64,000 bases of DNA from Rhodosorus marinus CCMP1338 (taxonomy: Eukaryota > Plantae > Rhodophyta), in assembly GCA_029953675.1 (NCBI GenBank), contig JAMWBK010000005.1, positions 992,001 to 1,056,000 on the forward strand, read 5' to 3'. Every line of letters starts with the position of its first letter. Position 1 is the first letter of the stretch. Made by a program: the position numbers and the translations under genes. Shown one piece after another: positions 58,232 through 64,000 of the stretch. The notes beneath the pieces were generated by a model. That model saw only the letters and a list, made by a program, of their open reading frames with translations. It was not told the DNA's origin and did not search any database.

Positions 58232-59584
58232 CTGACCAACACTATTGAAGTAACAACCAAAACCGAGTGAAGCGCTCAAAGCCCCTCCCAAAACCTCAGC
58301 AACCCTAAAAGCAAACCAACTCAATCCACAAAACCCTCACCCAAATGCCCACTCCGGCAAATTCATTGATCTCGACACCTCTCAGAACCGCTTAAACAAG
58401 ACAAAGGCGGTACCCGGAAAGACCCAACAGACAGCCTCGCGACACAAATATTCCAATAGAGACCAATTCAGCAAAACACGCCTTCCTAAATCCCTCCACC
58501 CCCACCCTCTTCTTCTATATCAAGCCCAGAAGAAAAAAAGAAAAACCAAGCTCGCCACGTAGAAACAAAAACTAATATTCCTTTTCAAACCAGTTCAGTC
58601 AATCACGCAAACAATATATGTCTCATTCATACCTTCTAAATCCTATGCCTTTCATCCTGGCGCTTCCTCACCTCCCATCCACTTCCACAACGCATACCAA
58701 CCCTCACCTTCACCGTTTGCACTTCCACTCCTCGCGCAGAGCACACACAACAACTCCATTTCCATATTAAGAAAAACGATTAAAAAATCCCCCAACCGAA
58801 CTGCCGACCAAGAAAATCCAAAAACAAGGACATAGCAATGCAATGTATCCAAATTAAGGTACATATCATAAGCAAAACTCCAAAAAGTCAGATATCTTCA
58901 TAATTAAGAAGTATATTCTCCAAATTTAGGTATTGCTTAAGTGACGCGTGTTATTTATTAATTGGATCTACCTTCTCTAAATTTAGATACCTCAAAACAT
59001 ATAATATTTTGAGGACTGCGTTCTGAATCCTGTATTTTTTAATTGAAATGATATCTACGTTATAAACTTTTCATAAAACTTGTGCGTGTTTTCTGTGATT
59101 TTTTGTGTTCATCATGTTTTAGTGAACACCTGAGCAACCTCGGTTTTGGACAAGATAGGATCAGAATAAGAACAACCGTATCCATATCAGGAAACGGATA
59201 TCGAATTATGTTTTATTTCCTGTAATATAGTCGATGCCCATGCAAAATCTGGTAGCTATTAGTTGCAGATCGGTTTTGGATGTTTTATCGTTTCCAATGT
59301 TTGTTAAAAAAAACAGAGAAGAAAAGAGGATGCAGTGGGACACCATCCAGGGTGGGACAGAACCACAGAATACACCGCGACATGTGGGAGAAGGCAGAAT
59401 CACACGGCTTATCAGCGAGGATGGATGGAAAGCTTTCCGGTTCATAATTAAATTTTAAAACAAAACTGTTCAGGATCTATATAGCCTGTTAGGAAACGGG
59501 TTCACTAATGCTTCCTTTGCGATTTTGTCCCAAAAGTTGTTCATCCACCGTAACCGTTGTATAGAGCTTGCTGCGAGCACCCCT

Positions 59585-60967
59585 TCAAAGCACTTCCTTA
59601 ACGGCACTTATTACTGCTTCGTGAAATACTCCATTTGTTGCGACAATTCCTCTTTGATTTTTCATCTTTCTCCCCAGACCAAAGTCAAGCGGATGTCCGA
59701 TTCCATCTGTAACAGTTCCTCCAGCCTCCTCGATGACAACGCTCCTGTAGCAGATCACATGGACGTAGACACGAATGTTGAGCTGAAAATTCATCGAGAA
59801 CTGAGCACTTGTGTGTCACCTCACCCAGCGGCGTGATCCCAGATATTCTCTTCGTACCCCGCGCGTGGGAACCTCATGTATATTTGCCCATCTCCACGAG
59901 CAAGAGCGCCGTACTTGCACTGGGAATCCATCCGAAGTGGGGGTTCTTTCACTCCTAAAATAGAAGCAATCTTTGCCGATTGCTCAAAAGAGGAATGCGC
60001 AGATTCTACCGACTCCATGAACCTTGTTTGCAGACACACTCATCAGCCTCGAACTGTTTGAACTATCTTCTTTACGAGGTTCCATCGCGCAGCTCACCTG
60101 CAATCTGAGACGTCCTCCGTGGGCGACACCTTGATCTGTCTTGGTGCATGCGTTCCGTCCACCGGTACGCAAAATGCTCCGCTGCCGCGTTTAGCGTAGA
60201 ATACGCATCCAGTCCTAGTGGCATCGAAGGGAAGATTCGGGCATCCGAGAACTCCGAGCACAACCTGATTGTAAGAAGCTGGTTCAGCTGTCCTTATACT
60301 GCACTGGATGGTAGGGGTGCTCTATCACCTTGCCGCGGTCAAGAAGGCCTAGTGCTATACAATACTGCTGCATTCGCATGAATCCCTTGGTTCCATCGAC
60401 AGGATCAAGCACCCAGGTAAGTAGTGAGTCGCCTCCTCCGTAGCTGCCGAGGTCGATTGCACCGCAAATCTGGATGAAGTGGGTGCTACTTAGACGATAC
60501 GATCAATCAAATTCTGTGTTATTTCACTGTCCATTTTTCACCTGATTTTCACTCAGCTGGGGTCTACCGGGTAGAGCTGAGTTTACTGTATCCGTAACGT
60601 CCTTCAGTAGATCCGAGTTTTCCTTCAGTTGCGCAGACGTTTCCTCAGCAATGAACTTGAAGGTGCCATCATCAAGCTCTGACAAGATGAGAGCCTGAAC
60701 AGCAAAGTCAGCAACGGTAACCGGCGATGTGTCCATCTTCGAGAGCGTTCCTGTCTCCTGACGGAAACGCTTCTGAACCGTTTTGGACATCGAGCTTGCA
60801 ACTCGGACCACTGTTTGGAGTTTCAATAAGAGATGATCTATTACCACTTTACCAACTCAATATGCAGCCATGGATTGAGAGAATCCTCCCGACCTTCCCA
60901 AGGCATCGAAGAACTCTGCGCAGATCCTACCTGAGATAGCACTTTGGAGGAAATCCTCGTAGTTCAT
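59585..60967 (-). CDS. 3'(2'),5'-bisphosphate nucleotidase (SAL1/HAL2/MET22 family), multi-exon
   Basis: MNYEDFLQSAIS|VVRVAS, KMDTSPVTVADFAVQA, WVLDPVDGTKGF, ESVESAHS, MDSQCKY, ENIWDHAAG, EEAGGTVTD. Confidence 0.92.
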
Positions 60968-61131
60968 CGTTCAAAGAAACTTCACAACGAACTAGCAACG
61001 CTCGAGAGGCACGAAGGATCAAGCCAAGGGTATACACAACATGAAGAACAAACCTAACCGCTCCTGATTGACCCGCTCCCGGCAGTGCCGATACGGGCAA
61101 TAGGCTTTCCCAGCGCTATCGTCAATCCTGA

Positions 61132-62500
61132 ATGGATCTGGATGAAAAGTTCTTCGACATCTTCGGGAGGTCGCTACCGAGACTTGACTCCTCCATGCTA
61201 CAGAAAATTCGTAGAGCCACAACCAGCCTCTTTTGGAAGTTTCAAGAGCTGGTGCTGGACATTCCAAAATATCCTCGTCCGCTCCGCGCGTACAAGAGCT
61301 CCTTTCAGCTTCGCGAGACAGGGGAGGTTCGGAAGGTGGTTGCCTGCAAGCGGGGTCAATGCCAAGCGCCGCGAGCTGGACTGGGAGTCATCGTTAGCAA
61401 CTTATCAATGCGTTCGTATGCTCATTGTCCGTTAAGAATAGTGCTCGACAAGTTTTTGGCGTGTGCTCAGCCCACTACACGTCACGTCCAGGCAAGAACT
61501 GGTCGTGATTTCGCGAGAGCTACGGCGGTCCGGTTGATCTTTCGGGAAGCAGAAGGAGTCAAAGAGGCACATGCCTTTTAGACCATCGCGTTTACTGAAA
61601 GCACCGGGAGCCTCTTACCTGAGAATGAAAGGCCACTCCCAGACTTGAAGAATGTTGGTCTTGGGGAGATTCCCGGTAAGCACATTCGTATTCATGCATG
61701 CTTTCTGTGTTGAGCTTAGCTCAAAACTCCCCGACTGAGGGCGTTTAGTCCAGCATTGGAGGTGCCATGACCCGAAACCGTCCAACTCCATGCTGGAGTA
61801 CCTCGGAGTTGTTGGGTGGTGGGAAGCGCACAGCCCCCGTTCTCCACATAGACTAGAAGAACTGAAGGTGGAGAAGTCCTACTTTCCGGACTCGGTTCAA
61901 CCTTTTCCAAGTTGCGACATCGTGGTCAGATTCAAAGCGGGAACGCGGAAGACTCTGCAAGTGGCGCTAGCAGGCGGATTGGAGCTGGAGGAGGCGTACC
62001 TCGACCGCGTCGTCCAACTCCTTTCGCCCCACAAACGCTGCTTTTCCCTCGCAGCCTTTGGTCTTCCGGGTTGCTGTTTTGCATCTGGAGCGCGATGTCG
62101 CCTGCGCCTGGAATTGTGGTCATCAAAAAAATTCCATGGATAGCAGGTAGCATTCTCTGAGTGATCCTTGGTCAACCCAGTTCTTCGGTTCTCCTCGTGC
62201 TCAGTTCACTGTTTTTTCGTCGTCACCAGGAGAATTCCGAGGTAGTTTTCGTCATCGTGAAGCGGGTGAATAACCCGCTTCCCTGTGGCCGGCTGTCTAC
62301 CCAGCGGAACCAGAAAGAGGACGTACAACTGCTTGCCTCTCTTGGGAGGGCCGGCTTTGTAGTGAAATACTATCCTCGCAATGCAAATGTTCTGAATGTG
62401 GTGCAGGAAATGACCTCGCCCACAGCGAATCCTACGTCTTTCCAAGGTTTCTTAGCTGTATTAAATGGACTCTCGCGGAGAATCTTCACTAGCAGTCAGC
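61132..62500 (+). CDS. Hypothetical spliced protein, family not recognised
   Basis: Successive open frames joined by plausible GT-AG introns (e.g. 61676-61748 joins EIP|VQHWRCHDP..MLEYLG); divergent from SAL1; 3' end uncertain. Confidence 0.4.
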
Positions 62501-62930
62501 AACTCAGCGCCCACTAGACACCAGGAGATTAAATGAGATTGGGTCTCACGAATTCAACCCGCTTCGACAGTGAGATCCACTCTGCGAGGCAGTAAAGGAG
62601 TAAAACGCTATGGCGGTTAACATAGTGGCAGGTTCCTAGTCTCTCGGTCAAAATGTAACTCCAAACCAACGCGTTCTTGGGCGTAGCGTTTTCAACTAAA
62701 TCTCTTCACAGCATCTGAAACCGTTCTTAGCGCACCGATCTGGAAATGCGAATTTTCAAGAGAGAGCGACCGGGTCGTGTCATTGGATCCCAACGTAGCC
62801 AACAGACGCGAAAAAAGGATGCCAGGCATCGAGCGGTCGAAACAAAAATGCGGTTAATAGGAATTATATTCAAATTGTAGGCGCGGACCTAAACATCCAG
62901 TGAACGCCGTCCAACCGTTTCAAGGATCTA

Positions 62931-63419
62931 TTAGTCATCAACCTGCTGAACGACGTCAGACATCCACTTGTACTTTTTTCTGATTTCCGCCTTCTCAGCT
63001 TCAGTGAAGTCGTTCACGATTCCGAAAAGCTCTTGAATTTCTTCAGTACTCTTGCCCCTGATAAGCCCAGCAATTGCTTTGCATGCAAGATCAAACAGGT
63101 CCTGGATCAACAACTGATGCGCAATCTCCGCAAGCGGGAGAAGCACTTCCTTGTCAATCTTCACGAAGTCCTTGTCCCATTTCTTGATATCCTCTTCCGG
63201 GTAATCTCTCCGAAGCGCGTCGTAGTGGTACTGGCAATACTTGACCACCAACGCAAGAATCGCCGATTCGACGCGATTGAGAGGAACCACCTTCGCGTCC
63301 TCAGTCAAATCAGCAAGGGTATCGGCAACAATTTGAGATTTGATAGCCACACCGTAATCCACTTCAAACGCATCCCCTTCTTTGCTCACCAGCACTATCC
63401 TCCGCCCCGTCGTTGCCAT
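62931..63419 (-). CDS. Divergent SKP1-like protein
   Basis: IVLVSKEGDAFEVD..VPLNRVESAILALVVKYCQYH..WDKDFVKIDKEVL..LFDLACKAIAGLIRGKSTEEI..FGIVNDFT; intronless. Confidence 0.9.
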   Translation of the reverse strand: MATTGRRIVLVSKEGDAFEVDYGVAIKSQIVADTLADLTEDAKVVPLNRVESAILALVVKYCQYHYDALRRDYPEEDIKKWDKDFVKIDKEVLLPLAEIAHQLLIQDLFDLACKAIAGLIRGKSTEEIQELFGIVNDFTEAEKAEIRKKYKWMSDVVQQVDD

Positions 63420-63549
63420 CTGTTTAACTCCCAACTGACACAACACACAGAAACACTAGTCAAATTTTAAAAAAATACAAAGCCTACTCTTCTCCTACCA
63501 TGACGCAATCCCTCCGTCACCTCCCCACATCCATCTAAAGCTTCCCACC

Positions 63550-63586
63550 AGCGGGTAGGACAGTTATATACCCTGTCCTACCCGCT
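63550..63586. promoter_or_regulatory. Perfect 14-bp inverted repeat with a TATA-like loop upstream of the SKP1-like gene
   Basis: agcgggtaggacag-ttatatacc-ctgtcctacccgct; the loop reads TATATAA on the SKP1 strand. Confidence 0.45.
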
Positions 63587-64000
63587 CGGTGCTCATTCGA
63601 TTCGATATCTCAAAACGTTTTAGGTAATGAAAATCCACACAAGACGTTTTTATTAGCAAAGTTCATAATAGAGGCTATGGATAAGTTTTATGGATAAATT
63701 ATAGGTTGTCTATGAATAATCGAACTATTTTGGTAACGTAGTAATTATTTAGGGAATTCAATCTATTTGTTTTTTCCGAAATTAGTAAGATGAAGAGTTA
63801 ATAATTGGCTGAGTTGAATATATCTTTTGGAAATAAATTAGGCTATTGTGTGAGGACGCGGTTGGGGAGGGGTTCTTCAGTTGGCGTACAAGGTATCTTC
63901 CTGTGTCCGCTAGGCGTCGCGGTGCTACGGCTAGCTCACCAGGGGGGGACCTGAAAGAGAGCAAATCATTACGCTTGCTCGATGACGTACTCTATATTTG

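Noticed and set aside
3232-63470. Numerous antisense or alternate-frame ORFs overlapping the called genes
   Set aside because: They are shadow ORFs of real genes or of low-complexity purine/pyrimidine tracts.
63520-63600. Helitron 3' end
   Set aside because: The hairpin is not followed by CTRR at the expected distance on either strand.

Overview
Eukaryotic nuclear DNA, about 50% GC, with short GT-AG introns. The gene set, intron style and a transit-peptide-like N-terminus suggest a unicellular red alga, but this is inference and cannot be confirmed from the sequence alone. The window has two compartments. (1) About 1-26.3 kb is a dense graveyard of nested, 5'-truncated and internally deleted non-LTR retrotransposons. 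They carry a CCHC knuckle plus a restriction-like endonuclease (RLE), and the RT fragments are CRE-like. At least three related families (A, B, C) are present and no copy is intact. Three long, intronless secreted-protein ORFs sit among them: two paralogous Cys-rich proteins with RTX-type Ca-binding repeats, and an astacin-C2-EGF-C2 protein with no prodomain and Asn in place of the third zinc-ligand His. (2) About 26.9-63.5 kb is ordinary housekeeping DNA: epsin/ENTH, purine phosphoribosyltransferase, CAMK-like kinase, Ku70, SHAQKYF MYB, oligopeptidase B, a HAPSTR1-like protein, D-lactate dehydrogenase, PEX5, SAL1/HAL2, an unknown gene and a divergent SKP1. The most notable candidates are: the TE-embedded secretome compartment, fold-back palindromes at element junctions, a telomere-like (AAAGTGTAG)n tract behind element 3' ends, an RT-less internally deleted element, an unidentified decayed repeat family, and two possible structured ncRNA loci. 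No CRISPR, rRNA or tRNA was found. Repeat boundaries are approximate.
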